From NCBI GenBank assembly GCA_001179505.1, contig CDMY01000300.1, positions 62,001 to 126,000 on the forward strand: a stretch of DNA of 64,000 bases, read 5' to 3'. The notes below the pieces were generated by a model that was given only the letters and a program-made list of their open reading frames with translations, was not told where the DNA came from and did no database searches. Positions 1-16,088 of this stretch are shown here, piece by piece (position 1 is the stretch's first letter; each line of letters starts with the position of its first letter). The translations under genes and the position numbers were made by a program. This DNA comes from Vitrella brassicaformis CCMP3155 (taxonomy: Eukaryota; Protista; Chromerida).

Positions 1-2494
<2,494 letters not shown>

Positions 2495-3465
2495 GCAAAG
2501 CAGCCAAGCCAACACTCGCACTCGCACAAGACGCGTGTGCGTATAGTACACTCACATAGGGATGGATGGCTGCATTTGATTGCAATGAATGATGAATATG
2601 TATGTATGTGCATTGGATTGATTGGATGTGATGTCAGGCCCTCCCGCGAGCCGCTCACTCCCCTCACGCCACAGCCGCCGCATCTCTTCTAGCTTCCGCA
2701 CCGCACCGCACCGCACCCACCTCAGGTACATACCTGTGTGGGTAGGCGAGGCGGGTAGCTACACACATGTTGTCCACCCGTATGTATGTATTGCGTGTGT
2801 GTAAACTATATATACATTGCTACCTACCTTCGTGCCTCTCTTTCCCCCTCCCTCCCTCCCTATTGGTCTCCCTGCCATCCCTCCAGGATATGCACATCTG
2901 TATGTTCGCCTGTTGATGATGCGATTGAGATCGATGGATGGATGGATGCCTCGTTTTCTGTTTAATGAAGGAAGGAAGTTGATCCATTGAATTCACTACA
3001 AACAGAGAGACAGACAGGTCCTGTCCTGGGAACCGTTGGTTGGTTGTTGGTTGTTGGTTGGTTGGTTGGTTGCTTGGCTGGCTGGATGGGTGGGTGGGTG
3101 GGGGGTTGCTGCGCCTCTCTCGGCAGGCAAGCAGGCAAGCATTGATCTGTCTCTAACTAAGCGCTTGTCTGCGTGTCTGTCTGTCTGTCTCGCTTCTTGT
3201 CTTGTCTCTCCTTTCTCTGCTTGGCTGTTGGTTCAACGTGCCGTGCACCGCACCCTCTGATCTGGAATAGATGGACATACAGCCGCACGGACACACAGAC
3301 TGGCTGGTGCGCTGGGGAGGGGGGAGTCACTGCATGGAGACTGGCTGCCGGAGACATACACGTTGTGAAACTGGTGATGAAACAACTATTTTCACTGATG
3401 TCAACCATTTCGGCGCGCAAGCGGAAGTGTGAGCTAAGAAGCGTTCAAAAAGGAAGATCGTTCCA

Positions 3466-5911
3466 ATGAGACCATTTCTTCGAGTGAGTACAGGGGTAGC
3501 CAGGTGCGCGAATGATGTATCCAAGGTGTACCGCGGGCGTCCCAAAACGGTGCTCCGAGGCCTCGTGAGCGGTCATTATCCGCCATCTCAGGGGATTTGC
3601 AACACGTTCATCGAGTACTTTGGGAGGCAGCTGAAGCCTCGGCAGGTTGTGCTGGTGCTCAGAGAATGCCATGCGGTGGGGTTGTGTACTTGTGAGGCGA
3701 CACTGAGAGATCTGCTTCGACGATGCGTGGCGGACCTCAGTGGCGATGAGCTTGCGATGGCGGCCAATGCACTGAGCCGCGCCCGGGACACAGACCGGTA
3801 CATGAGTCTCGATCCGTACGACGACGACATTGACGAGCCAGCCGCCGTACAGCCGTCCAACCTCCCTGTGAGTGGCCTTCTCTCTGGGGTGGCAGCTGAC
3901 ATCATGGCAGCACTGCCTGGCATGTCGCCGTCGTCTGTTGCTCTCGTTGCTAATGCATTTGCAAGGCTGCAGCTGCGGTCGCCCGATGTGTTCCGCGCTA
4001 TCGCTGACCGGTGTACACAGGTGGGGAAGGGCAAGGGTGGGGAAGACCACGGCTTAGGACTATCCGACTTCAGCCTTGCGTCAGTGGCGATGATTGCTCA
4101 TGGCTTCGCCAAACTGCGCATCTACCACCACCGATTCTACAGGGCCTTGCTCAAGACGGTACTGGCCCGGAAGGGCGACGTGTGGAACCTCGGAGAGCTA
4201 GCACAATGGTACGCACCACGCACGCAGGGAGGCATGTATATGGGCGGTGAAGCAGCAGTGCACGGTGTGGCTGAGCGTCTTCACACTCGTACTTGGTCAT
4301 GACACTACATGCATCTGTTGTGCATTTAACTGTCGCCTATTGCCCATCCAGCGTATTCGCGTTTGCCCGGTGAGACCAGCGCAGCCGCGTAGCAGCCATG
4401 GTACACCCGCTGGATGTGTATGTCAGGTCTGTCCCCTTCTTGAAGTACTTGGAAGCGCCTGAGAAGGTCGCTTTCCACCCAGGGCTGGATGCTGTATTGA
4501 CGGGTGTTTGGCGGGGCCTAGCTTGCTACGGAAGCAGCCAACTCTTCGCCGACGATCCCAAGAGGCTGGGTGAGGGCGCTTCTCTTGTCATCCAGGCCAT
4601 CAGCGTCATCCAACAACGTGATTATGTACGTACGTACCGACGTTATTATGAAAGTACCGGTGCCATGCACTCACTGCAGATCGACACACATGCAGCTAGC
4701 CAGCCCTGGTGTATGGTATGCAGGACTGGGTAGTCTGGATCCTTCTTTGGTGGCTCACCGGCCCGTCATATGTTTGCCATTTGTCGAGGAATACCATCGT
4801 TACGATTATCGTAGCACTTGGGAAACTGGACTTCACCCCGACACTTTGGAGCGCGGCAGCGAAGTCAGCAGACCTCACACCCAGAAGAGGGGCACACTTT
4901 GGGGCGACTGGAGTCGACTCCCTGCTCGACAGGTACAAAGATAGTCATCTGAATGTACCAAGGAAAACAAAAAAGAGTATCTGGCGCCAACATTGTTGTC
5001 CTTCAATTCCTGCGCTATGTGTAGGGTCGCAGTCTTGTGGAGACGCAATGGCAAGAGCGTTTTTTCGCTGTCCCAGCTGACTCTACTATGGTATTCCTCA
5101 CTCTGTCTTCTACACACGCATCCTCACACTACGAAAGGAACCACTCGTTTCGGCGTGGTGATGAGTGTGGCCTTCTTTGATGACACCAAAGAATACCTAG
5201 ACAAAGGTAGCGACAAGGAGAAACAACTTATACCCTATCGCGCTCTTACTGGCCTTAGCAGGGCGGACGATGACGCGGGATGAAGCGTCTGTCACGGACC
5301 GCCAGACCTATCGCAACCCCCTGACTAACACCAGCCTCACACTCCCTACGGCAGACGACCTCAGTCACCCCGTGCATAACGCCATGTATGCCACCCAGGT
5401 ACCTCAGCTCATCCATAATAAGAGACACCCCTTCAGTAAGTAAACGACCAAAACACACGTTCGCTTGTGTGTTTGTTTGTCTGCCCCGGTTTCCTCGCGT
5501 TTCAGGCAGAAATCGGGGTGCAAGCATGGTTTCTCCTCCCCTTGCCAAACGAGGGGCCTGGCATGCCTTTGAGCAAGCTCTGCCCGATCGGCTGTCTTGC
5601 AACAGCTATGAAAGTAAGGCAATCACCTCCTGTCTACCCCATCTTTGCGGGCCTCATGTCTCAACCGGTGCATTCAGGTGCATCACTGGTTGACCGACAG
5701 TGCCGGCAAGCCGGCGGGTCATGTGAGTGCTCCAGAAGCTGTCGTGAAGGAGAGCGTCTTTAGCCCTACAAGCTCATCCTTTCAAGCCGACGTCGCGAGT
5801 ATCGTGTCTGAGCTGCTAGCGAGACAGATCCGGCCGACACGTGCAAAACGTGTATCGCTGGAGGAGAGGGTCGGGGCTTTCTATGTTGATGTGGTGGTAC
5901 TGTCTTCATAG
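3466..5911 (+). CDS. Helical-repeat (HPR/FASTK-like) organellar RNA-binding protein ending in a RAP-like motif
   Basis: Long first ORF 3466-4302 with repeats ELAMAANALSR, SVALVANAFARLQLR and SVAMIAHGFAKLRIY; last exon SSFQADVASIVSELL...EERVGAFYVDVVVLSS*; internal exons approximate. Confidence 0.6.
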
Positions 5912-6205
5912 CAAGCTACAGTGGTAACATCGCACCGTGGTCTCTAGTAAAACAACTCGCATGTGTGGCTCACATCAACAACTAGCAACAAACCAAGTCC
6001 TGGCCAACAAGCAACACGGCAGCGAATGTCGCCCTGGAAGTGATGATACGACTCTATCCATCACCGAGCTCCCTCCCCTGCCACCATGGACTCTCATTCG
6101 CACACACGATGTGCACCTCTTTCTCCCACCGACACGCTATCACCCACGGCGGACTGACTGAGTGACTGACTGACTGCTGGCCAGTCAGAAGGGCGGTTCG
6201 CTACA

Positions 6206-8031
6206 TCACCGAACTGTAACAGCAAGGGGATGGAGACAAGACAACACTCCGCGACCCAAGCGATATTGTTGTACCGCTTACTCTCTAGACAAAGCTCCGT
6301 TTTGCAAAAAGCCAGCAGCTCTTCCTGTACAACCCAATGCACGAACGGACACATGCGTGCTGTGTCTTGTCTGTTTCCCATGGGCTCTGCGTTCTTCTAA
6401 CCTGCATCCGGTTGACCTCTGCGTGTGTCAGGCTACGATCAAGTGCCCGATACGTCAATCTGGGGAGAGCAGAGCACAGCAAACAACGTTGAGCGTCAAT
6501 GATTGCCTTTACACCAGTCAGCTACCTGAAACACAGGCTCTCCCTTCCATCTTTGCGAAACCTATCAACCAGCTGCACATTTTCGATGCAGTCATCACCA
6601 ACCTCGCGGCACATCTACCACACATACCAATCCGGAGCAGAAAGACATCACTGGCAGTAGAGTCGTCAGTCAAAGCCTTCTTGCCTGGTGAAAGTCTGTC
6701 TCAGAGAAGCCAGCGGGCTTCCACAAGCTCACGTCCTTGTATACAGGTGGATAACGACTGAATGGACGAAATGGCCTTATCTGATAAGCAAGAAAGGGAT
6801 CGGCGATCACCCCATCTCTTGCCCGTTTACCTCTCCAGAAGAGAACTGCTTCCAGAAGCGCTCGTCATCGCTCCAAAAGACTCTGATGTCGTCAACCTAC
6901 CATGCATCCAGACACAGATGAGCTGTGGCGCAGCCATGCGAACTAACAGGCCAGCTTACCCCAAACAGGATCATTGCTAGCCTTTCGAGACCAAGGCCAA
7001 AGGCCCATCCAATGTGCTCCTGTCGCCCTGTTCATCACAACCAGACAGACAACGCGATCATGCAAGCAGCGCAGATACTATTCCTTGCAGGCATCCAGCG
7101 TGCGTCAGTGAATGCACCCTGCTGACCGCAATTCTTGAGAATCTCTTGCTTGATGACTCCGCAGCCCAGAACCTCCACCCATTTGCCGTTGAAGAACACC
7201 TCGAGCTCGAGCGATGGGTCGGTGAAGGGAAAGGTGGCCGTGTCGTCCCACCGACGCTGGCATTCGCGGCCAAACAGATGGTCAACAAGGCCCTCCAGGC
7301 ACCACTTCAGGTGTGAAAGAACCTTGTCGCTCGCCCTCACTCCATCCAGAACAGATAGCTCTGCTGGCTCAAAGGTGCGAATGCCATCACATTGATGGAA
7401 GACCGGATAGTGAAGCGAGTCAACTCGATCCTGGGTCAGGCAAAGAAGGAGCAGACCAATCAGCAGTGTGCGTGCGTGCGTGAGTGGGTCCAGACTTCAT
7501 TTAGTGACACCTTTCGATAGACATCGGCACTCCAGATGAGAGCCGATCGTCCTTTCTCAAGGAATTCGGCTTGATGTGCTGTCGCTTGGGTCCTAAGGAC
7601 GTGCTGGTTTCCCACAAAGTACGTGTCTGTAGACAGACAGACACACACGACATGACCTCCGCAGCACAGCACCGTCCGGGCTCCACCCAGCTCTTGCCTG
7701 TGGGAAGTCGACTCACATGGTCCTCTGGGATAAGCAAGGAGTCGAAGTTCTCCTCAACAGTCACGATCGGAGTGCGGTCGTGGAGGGTCAAGTACTCGAA
7801 CCTCTCATTGCGGAAGTGGTCTTCGATTTTCCGCCTCAGTATACCAAGTGGATGAGTCGGGCACGTGTACAGCCCCCGGCCGATCTTCGACCACACCTTG
7901 ACAAAGGAACACACACGCACATCAACCACCTGGTGGCGGGTGGTATTCGGATCAATTACGTGATTCGGAATGTGCCTCGGCCGATGCGGTAGTGACAGCT
8001 GGCTTCGGAGCACACGGCTGAGGTGGGACAT
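6206..8031 (-). CDS. FARS2: Organellar (mitochondrial-type, monomeric) phenylalanyl-tRNA synthetase with C-terminal FDX-ACB domain
   Basis: [134 protein letters not shown]|EELL...LEIR*; Arg/Ser-rich N-terminus resembles a presequence. Confidence 0.92.
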
Positions 8032-8372
8032 GCACCTCTCGGGGCCTCGAAGCTGTGGTTACACAGGACAGCGCCGAAGGGCGCATTTAAAGCAGGGTTG
8101 TCCCTATTGACGAGCGGAAGGGTGACGCTACAAAAATCTGCGAAACAAGAAATCACCAGAGAGCCACTGCTGGCCACTGCTGTTTCGCAGATGGCCCGGA
8201 GAAGACGACGAAGACAGGACAAACAGACAGGGAAGAAAGGCGCAGGAAAGCAGAGCAGATCTTCGGGGGGGGCAAGAAGGCAGAGCAGGTTGACTTCAAG
8301 CGAGCTTAGACGGCTTTCACACAAATAATACGAAATTATAGTCCATACGCGGGCGATTGCGTGGCCGACAGC

Positions 8373-11300
8373 ATGGAGGAGGAAATCAAAACCGACGTGA
8401 TTATTGTTGGAGCCGGTGAGCTGCTCACATTGCAGACAAAACAATGCTTGCCTGGTCTGAGTCTTCAACTGCAGGCCCGACAGGTCTCGTTCTTGCAATT
8501 GAGCTTGTAAGTCTATCCCCCGACTCTTCCACTGCAGGCTCGACAGGCCTGGGTCTAGGGAACGCAAATAACTCCTGGGTGTCTTCTTTCTACCGCAGGC
8601 ACGAAGAGGGGTGGACTTCATCGTATTCGACAAACTGCCCGACAGGACTAGAGAGTCACGGGCTCTCGGTACGGTATGCGTCACAACAGTCCGGTCAGGT
8701 GAACCGCACATGAACGAGCACATGCGTTTTACATCGCAGGAGTCATGCCAAGGACACTGGAAATCTACGAGGACCTCGGCATCGTCAAGCAGGCACTGAG
8801 CAATGGCGTGGAGATGTTGGGAGAAAGGCTGTTCGTGGACGGGACCGTCGCAGTGGATTGGAATTTCAGCGAGGAACGACACAACGAACAAAATAGGAAA
8901 CGTCTTAGTCACCGATTACATTGTGCACTGCAGGTCGATTCCTTCTACTGCAAGCCGCTTCTCCTCCATGTAAGTCAATACAGCCGACATGATAACGTGT
9001 GCTTAATGTGATGTGACGCTTGGTGTGGTATGTGGTGTGGTGTGTCCGGTCAGCAAGTAAGTGGGTGTGCTGCCGTCTTGACAATGCTGCTTTTTTGCTA
9101 CAGCTAATCGACATCTTTTTCCTGTCCACTGTGTTCAGGGTACCTAGTATTCACTGCCCTTCGTTCCTCTCACTGTTTTCTGTATCTCTGACGTACAGGT
9201 GTCACAGAGAAGGTACATACACATACAATCTCTCGTGGTCCGTCGTCACCTTTTTCCTGCTGTGCAGTTGCTCTGCGAGAAGCTCGCAGCCATTCTAGGA
9301 CCTGACAGAATGAACTATGCGTTGCAGCGGCCAGTAGAAGTAACTTCTCTCAAGGTGAAAGTTTTGGAAAATAGATCACGTTTCGCGCTCAGTTGTTCAT
9401 TTTCCTTTGTTGTGCCACAGGTGGGCCACACATTCGCCGAGGGAGTTCACGTGTGTGCCTGCTCGCTCTCCGATCCTGAGGAGAGCAATGCAAATGCTGA
9501 GGGACAACACAGCGAGGACACCGGCAGCGTCGACAACGTCACCCCAAGGACTAGTGAAGCCGAGACGACGTCGTCAATGACGTACGGGTGGACAACATCA
9601 GGAGACACGGGGCAGCAAGGACCGAGAACTCATAGGATTCGAGGAAAGCAGTTCAATGTGCACGCCCGCTACGTTGTCGGAGTGAGCCCTTAACACTCTC
9701 CATTGCACGGCTAAACCCATTGCACGGCTCTTCAAGACAATTTATGTTTTCTGTGTTCTGAACCTCTTTTCAGTGCGATGGAGTATATTGAGTCATTCGC
9801 TCCGACAAATGTTAGCAGGAGTCATTTTCTTGTTGCATTGTAGGCAAGGAGCTTCGTTCGGAAGAGTCTTGGAATTCCATTTGAGGGCTTCACAATACCA
9901 TCAGAATTCATCGTCGCTGACGTTGTGATGACCTGGGGCGTGCCACCAGACCGGAACAAATTTAATCTCCTGACAGGTCAACGTTGAACATGAAAGATTC
10001 ATTTCCGATACTGGTGCGATGGAAAGGTTACTGTCCTTTTCTGGCGTTTCGGCTCAGCTCCCAACCGGATGGTCGAATGGTAAGCAACGGCTTGGCTTTT
10101 GGTGCTTGTCAACAAGTTACTTTCTCTCATTGCGCATTTTGCTGAGTTGTCAGCTGTCCGTTGCCGTCTGGTCCCAGCCTCCTCGAACCACCACCAAGGC
10201 TCCCCGATGGTGGAGCAACACACAGGCGTCAAGGTGGCGGAGCAGCGAGACAATATGGAAGTAGCTCGTCGAACCGATGGAGGTAACAAAGCAGGACGGA
10301 AAGTGTTCTTTTCGCGGCTGCTTGGTGGTTGGTTTGCTTGCAAATCTTTACTTACGTTTTACTCTCAGGCTGACGACGATCAGGCGAATTGCAGAAGACC
10401 GTCCAGAGGCGATGCTTGAATGCCGCGAAGCGAGGTTTGGAGAAAGAACCTGGCATAGCAAAAGGCTGAAATTCTCTCCAATCTCCCATTTCTACAGGCC
10501 ACCACCGAGCAAAAAAGAGCTACAAGCCATGACAGGTATCTAAGCGAACACGTGCCCAGTACAGAAAAGTTCATGTTGCTTTACTTCAGCGAAGCTTGTC
10601 GCTGGCACGATCATCGACCACGTCATATGGAGCTCGAGTTTTTCCATCAAGTAAGAGAATGCCCTTGCACATCTACCTCAACTGACCCTTTCTCCTTGTC
10701 AACAGCTGTAGGTCTGCAGCGTTCATGAAAAGAGGTCTGCGGGGGCGTGATACAAAGAGGATTGCAGCTTGTTCGCACCTATTGCTCTCTCCTTCCGATC
10801 AGGAAATGCATTCCTTGCGGGCGATGCTGCACAGTAAGAGAGAAAGAAGCGCAGAAGGAAGAACTGTCATAAGCTGCCTATTTACTTTATACCTGTTATT
10901 TAAGCATCTTCCCTCCGCTTTTCCATCAAGGTATTTCTTGAGTCGTTGTAAGTGGGTTTCATCTCTCGCGTTCTCCGCGTGTCGTCTTTTTTATCAGGTC
11001 ACAACACTGGCATCGGCGACGCCTACAATCTTGGTATACGGATAGATAGAAAAAAAAGCAAAACCAGAGGCCCATCAGGGCGAAGACGTTTTTACCGCTG
11101 TCCGCCGCAGGATGGAAGCTGGCTCACGTTCTGCAAGACGGCGCGAACCGTGAGTTTCCATACACAACGGATCACACCGCAGAGTTATGCGTTTCTCCCA
11201 GCTGCATTGTTGGAATCCTACGAACAAGAAAGAAAGCCCGTCGGCGACGCTGTTGTTCGGTATGTTATTCATAGAATATTGCGTTGACTGAACCACTTCG

Positions 11301-12700
11301 TTCAGCTACTGTCTTGTGTGCGCACAGGTTCACAAGCTTCGGTAAGTTGACGACGGCAGCGTGTTCGTTAAGTGTGCAGCGTTGTCAACTGTTTACCATT
11401 TTGATTGATTTTACAGGGTACCAGGAGGTAAAAATGGGCCGTGACTATTGAGAGAACCTTCATTCCACGCAATGTATCTCATGGGCTATGACCACGGCTT
11501 TTTAGATCATCGAGGCAAAGGGCTACATCGCCTGGAGTATGAAGAATATTCTTCCTCTGGTACGTCCAAAATTCGAACGCAAGATCTATTGCTGCAGTTT
11601 CTTGTTGTGCAGTTTTTCAACAACAAGGCGTTCAACTCGGCCCTGACAAATCGCATCTCTCAATGTCACATCAAGTACCCGGTCGACTCAGGCGCTGTCG
11701 GAAAGGTCTTCGTCAGTGACTCCGCTTTGCCTGGAGAGCGAGCACCAGGTAATTCGTAATAATATCATTTGCAAGCCCGCGACTGGACAACACTCGCGTG
11801 GGTGACATGTGTGTACGTACATCTTTGCAGATGCAACAGTTGCCATAATTTCATCTGAACCCTCGACCGTCGTAATCGCACCGCTGCCATCCATCCACTT
11901 GAGCCAATGCAAAGCCTCCGCTGTCTCTCGCAGGGGAATTTTATTCGCCTTCATGAAGTGTACGTTGGTTCAGGTAGGTCACTCACGTCTGGCAAACATT
12001 TGAGCTTCTTTCTTTGTGATCTTCTTGTCTTTCTTAAAGGCCACGTTTTGCTTTTCGTTCTTCGGATTCCACTTTCGAGCGAAGGGCCCAGTGGAAGCAG
12101 CTGGTTCAATCTTTGCTCCTCTCAATCACAAGTGACGGAGCCATGTAGCAACTGTCTTCGACTGTCTTCCCACACGGAGTGCTCTTTCTTCAGACCGCAG
12201 AGCGCAACATAATAGGAAAAGAACTTGAGCAAATCGTCGAATTCGCCTCCCGAGTGAGGAGCCGCATCGAGAAGACTAAGGTCGTTCTCTTATTCACAGT
12301 TGGCTTAGCCAGCATTGTACCTCCGTAAGGGATGCAAAGCCATTCGGTCACTCAACTATTGGATCGCTCAACGTTGTTCTCCGTTTGACAGTAACGCGCA
12401 GTTTTCCGGCCTGTCCTTCTTGATCGCGAACTTCAAGGAACGGATGTCGAAGAACTTCCCGAATCAAGCACCAGAGGAGACATGTGTTGCGTGGGATGTC
12501 GAAGGGGAGGTCACCCGAAGGTATCGCCTCCATCTTCACCCTTTCACGAAGCACAAATGTGCAGCTTTCTTCTTGATCCGGGATGATAAGGTTGGTGCAA
12601 GCACGCAACGTTTGTTATTAGCCTCTAGCTCATCCGCATATCTTTGTCCGTTTGTGCTTTTGTTGTGTTCTCAAGCACATACGGAACCACGGCTGTAAGC
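8373..12700 (+). CDS. FAD-dependent monooxygenase (FAD_binding_3, PHBH/TfdB-like) with C-terminal hydroxylase domain; many short exons; 3' end approximate
   Basis: MEEEIKTDVIIVGAG|PTGLVLAIEL|ARRGVDFIVFDK, RESRALG, PRTLEIYEDLG, VRKSLGIPFEG, GNAFLAGDAAH, GHNTGIGDAYNLG|WKLAHVL, LLESYEQERKPVG, PGERAP|D. Confidence 0.88.
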
Positions 12701-12749
12701 AAAGAAAGGTGAAGGGATGGTCGCGTGAATACTGTGACTGTTCCGGTTG

Positions 12750-15700
12750 ATAGACTGTGGCGACACCTATGCTGAAGCGACCTGCATCGACTCGTTGTCT
12801 CTTTACCATCCGTAGCACATTCCGGTGGCGGCCGGCGTGCAGTGGGAGCGGCCAGAGTTCACTGAAGATTTAGTTGTGCTTCGGGCTGTAATTTGTAATT
12901 CAGTAGTGGTAAGGGTGTGGCAAAATAGCTTCTATTGAGCCAAGTACAGAAAGCTATTCTGAGTTCGTTTCCACCAGTGACTCAGATACATGTCCAGTAC
13001 ACTCAAAAACTGTCACGCAGTCTTGACGGTTATAGCTATGCAAGTGTCTCACTGGAGGCGGATGTCGCCTCCGTCGCCCTTATCAGTCTGTTCTCCGATC
13101 GTAGGGGTTGGACTGTGTTGCCCATATCCCTCGTTCTACGCTTTTAGCGTGATGAAATGCCTGATACACAAACGGTATACGGGCGTAGAGGGTAAGAATT
13201 CACTTCTCCCAGGCTTACCTCAAAGCCTTCACTCCGCACGTAAAAAGTATTGGCGAGTGTTGGAACAATCTCTCCAGAAACACGATCGACAGCTCCTCCA
13301 CTCTCTGATTGGAGGGACTTGATCTTCACCAAATCCAATGTCGTCCATGCTGTTGGCTCCGGCAATGCAGGCAAAAGCCCAGCTCGCTGTCAAACCCTTC
13401 CTATGCACTCATATATTCAAATGCTGCGCTTCCTGTCTACCTGGTAAAGCAATGCCACATATCCAGCACCCGGCAGCCGCGTATATGACCGAAACTCTCC
13501 GGGATTCGCCGGTTTCTCAGTAGCAGGGGATTCCAGCCGACGTCTCTGTCGAATGAGCCTCTGAAGCTTCTGCCAAATCGACTTGGCGTCATTGGATTTG
13601 CCGGGTCTTGTGCTCGCTGGTGGCTCACTCTTGTTGCCGCCCAACACATCAGTTTCCAACTCCTCCAGGGCCTCATGGTGCATGCTGATGAGCTCCTGAG
13701 GGGCAGAAGAGGTGACACATTGGTTCCCTCGGTTTCTTTCTTCTTCTGTTCTGACCAGAATGCGGACGACGCGCCTGGAGAAGTCAGCGTTTGTCGGTCG
13801 CCTTTCCTGCGGCGTCTGTCCTCGGTCCTCAGCCTGTTCTGCCACACGCGAGACGAACGCACCCGGCGCCAGCTGCGCCCCAACGGCAATGGGTAGAGTT
13901 GACTTTGCCGCCTCCAGGAGGTTGAAGCGCGAGCGGGAGGTGGGGTCCCCATCTGTGCTCGTGGTCCTGGTTGTCGCGGTGTGCAGCGAAGCAGTTCCCG
14001 CCGACGCCATCTCACCAGATACTGCGTCCTCAGCAAGATGGGTGTTATGCTCGAACTCTAACGCGTCCACCAACATGCCAAAAAGAGATTGCAGCGTTGA
14101 CCTTCGGGCCTGGGACAAGAGACACACAGCACCAAAGCGTCTACCGTTTCTACACTCGTGTTGTTTCAATCCTATTTACTTGTATAGCGTATGAACGCCT
14201 TAAATGCCTCTCCAAGGAGTCAAACTCTCGTTCGACTTTCTCAGATGTACGGCAGAGACCGGCCTTGACGTTCATGTACTTGGAATAACAGCAGAAGGAT
14301 CGTCTCAAATCGCTGTCACGTTGGTGTGCAAACAAATATAAGACGAGCTGTCGTAGAGCGAACAAGGCAGCGAACTTTCAAACCTTACGCTTTCAGCTGG
14401 TTGAAGGCGTTGCGGAGCTTCTCGCGGTGACCGTCGGATGCATTTAGGCGCCTTACTGTGAGTTCCGCGACGTGCAAAACACCACTACGAACTGTATCGG
14501 CTCCGCGCGTCTAGCAACCAACCACCTTACTTGCAACTTCATTGTAGTCTACCTGTAGATATATGCAACAAGACAGCCAGAAACTGTATCGACTATATAG
14601 CTGTCTAAAGGTTCAGATACCAATGCGAGGCGGTCTGCGTATTTAGTCATCTGATTGCAGTCAAGAAACGGCGTCAAACCCCGAGATGCTGATGCCCTTC
14701 CTTACTTTCATTCGGCCCCAAGAATCGATCTCTGTCACGTACGCTTGTCCGTGGTCTTTCATTATAACCGCCGCACGATCGAACGGACCTGCTCAGTACA
14801 ACAAGCACAGATGCGGGTCCCTGACGCTTTGACGGGGCTTTGGCTTCTGACACTTGTTCCAGAACCGCCGAAACATTGTGACGAGCGCTGCGTACACAAG
14901 AAAAAGCTGGTCTCCGCTCGTTCCCGTTACTCTTGGTTGCTAACCTTCATAGAAGTGCAGCGTGTTGAAGTTTAGAGATGTAAGCAGAATATCTCCATCC
15001 TGCAAGCTGCACTCGATCTAAGTCAACACCACGAGAGGCAGGAGTCAGACTTCGAGGTGGTGGCCTTTGAGTCGTCCTTTCTTCTTCTTTCTTCTTTTCT
15101 TGTTTTACGAGGTAATCGGTGGTGAAACCTGGAGAATAAGACATAGCCATCGCCTAGGAAGAAGAAATAGAGAGGCAGCAGTCTTGGTGTTTTACCATAG
15201 CGTTTGCCATAAAACGGGACATCTCCTGCATATCAGATCCATCACGCGAGCATCCTTCGTACGACCGGAACGTTTACCAGCCTGTTGAGCGGTTTCTTTC
15301 TGCATCAGCGCACATTAGCACCAAACAGAAGATGTAGCCAATGGCCAATGATTATGAATGCTTGATGGAATTGAGGCCTCATTACCGTGAATGCCACTCG
15401 ATTTTTCCATTTCCGATGCACCAGCGCGAGTCGGCGCAGCTCCCAGAAACCCTGCATGCACGAAAGCAAGACATGACGCAATCATCGTCATGGGTACTTG
15501 ATCCTACCACTACGAAAGGAACGGATATGCAAAAGGACCCGATGTACACTGAATTCAGAGAGGGTGAAGCGACAATCACGTATTGCGCAGATGGCACTTC
15601 TGGAAGATCTGATCATCAGCACTTACTCAAGTTGTCTCTCCTGAGCTCAGCTGAGTTCAAGAAGAAGCCAGCCCAACCCCTTCGGATGAACAATTCTTTA

Positions 15701-15900
15701 CCCGCGCTCTGAAAGGATCAGCAAGTGTCTGAATGCTAACTCCTCTGTGTGCTGTTTTGGTGCTCCTTGCCATCGTCTCGGAAGGGGAGGCGCCAAATCC
15801 TTGCTCGTCTGCCTTCCTTTTTCGCTAGCTCGCATTTCTGGCCAGGAACATGATTATGGCCAAGACAGACCGCTGATATGAATGATACGCTTTCCCCAGC
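12750..15900 (-). CDS. Hypothetical multi-exon protein; boundaries uncertain
   Basis: 250-aa ORF 13417-14169 plus many minus-strand GTAA donors between 13200 and 15700 and exon-like reads such as GFWELRRLALVHRKWKNRVAFT and LVLYLFAHQRDSDLRRSF; no domain recognised. Confidence 0.4.
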
Positions 15901-16088
15901 TGGCAGGTGATGGAAGACATGGACGACACCCAACGCCCGGGACGAACAACTGTCTTGCGCCGAGCGACACTCAATGCGTCAATTTTTTACACTCACATGT
16001 CGGTCAGGTAAGACCGGCACAGTCATGTAGACGTCACAAGCAAGAACCACACTGCACATGTGTGCTCGTTTCCTTCCCGGCTCGCCAC

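Noticed and set aside
7956-8912. 318-aa minus-strand ORF
   Set aside because: Antisense shadow across the PheRS start, spacer and monooxygenase exons; no protein-like motifs
11418-11450. Apparent premature TGA in the monooxygenase (GYQEVKMGRDY*) as recoding or pseudogene
   Set aside because: A GTAAAA donor precedes it and coding similarity resumes downstream, so an intron explains it
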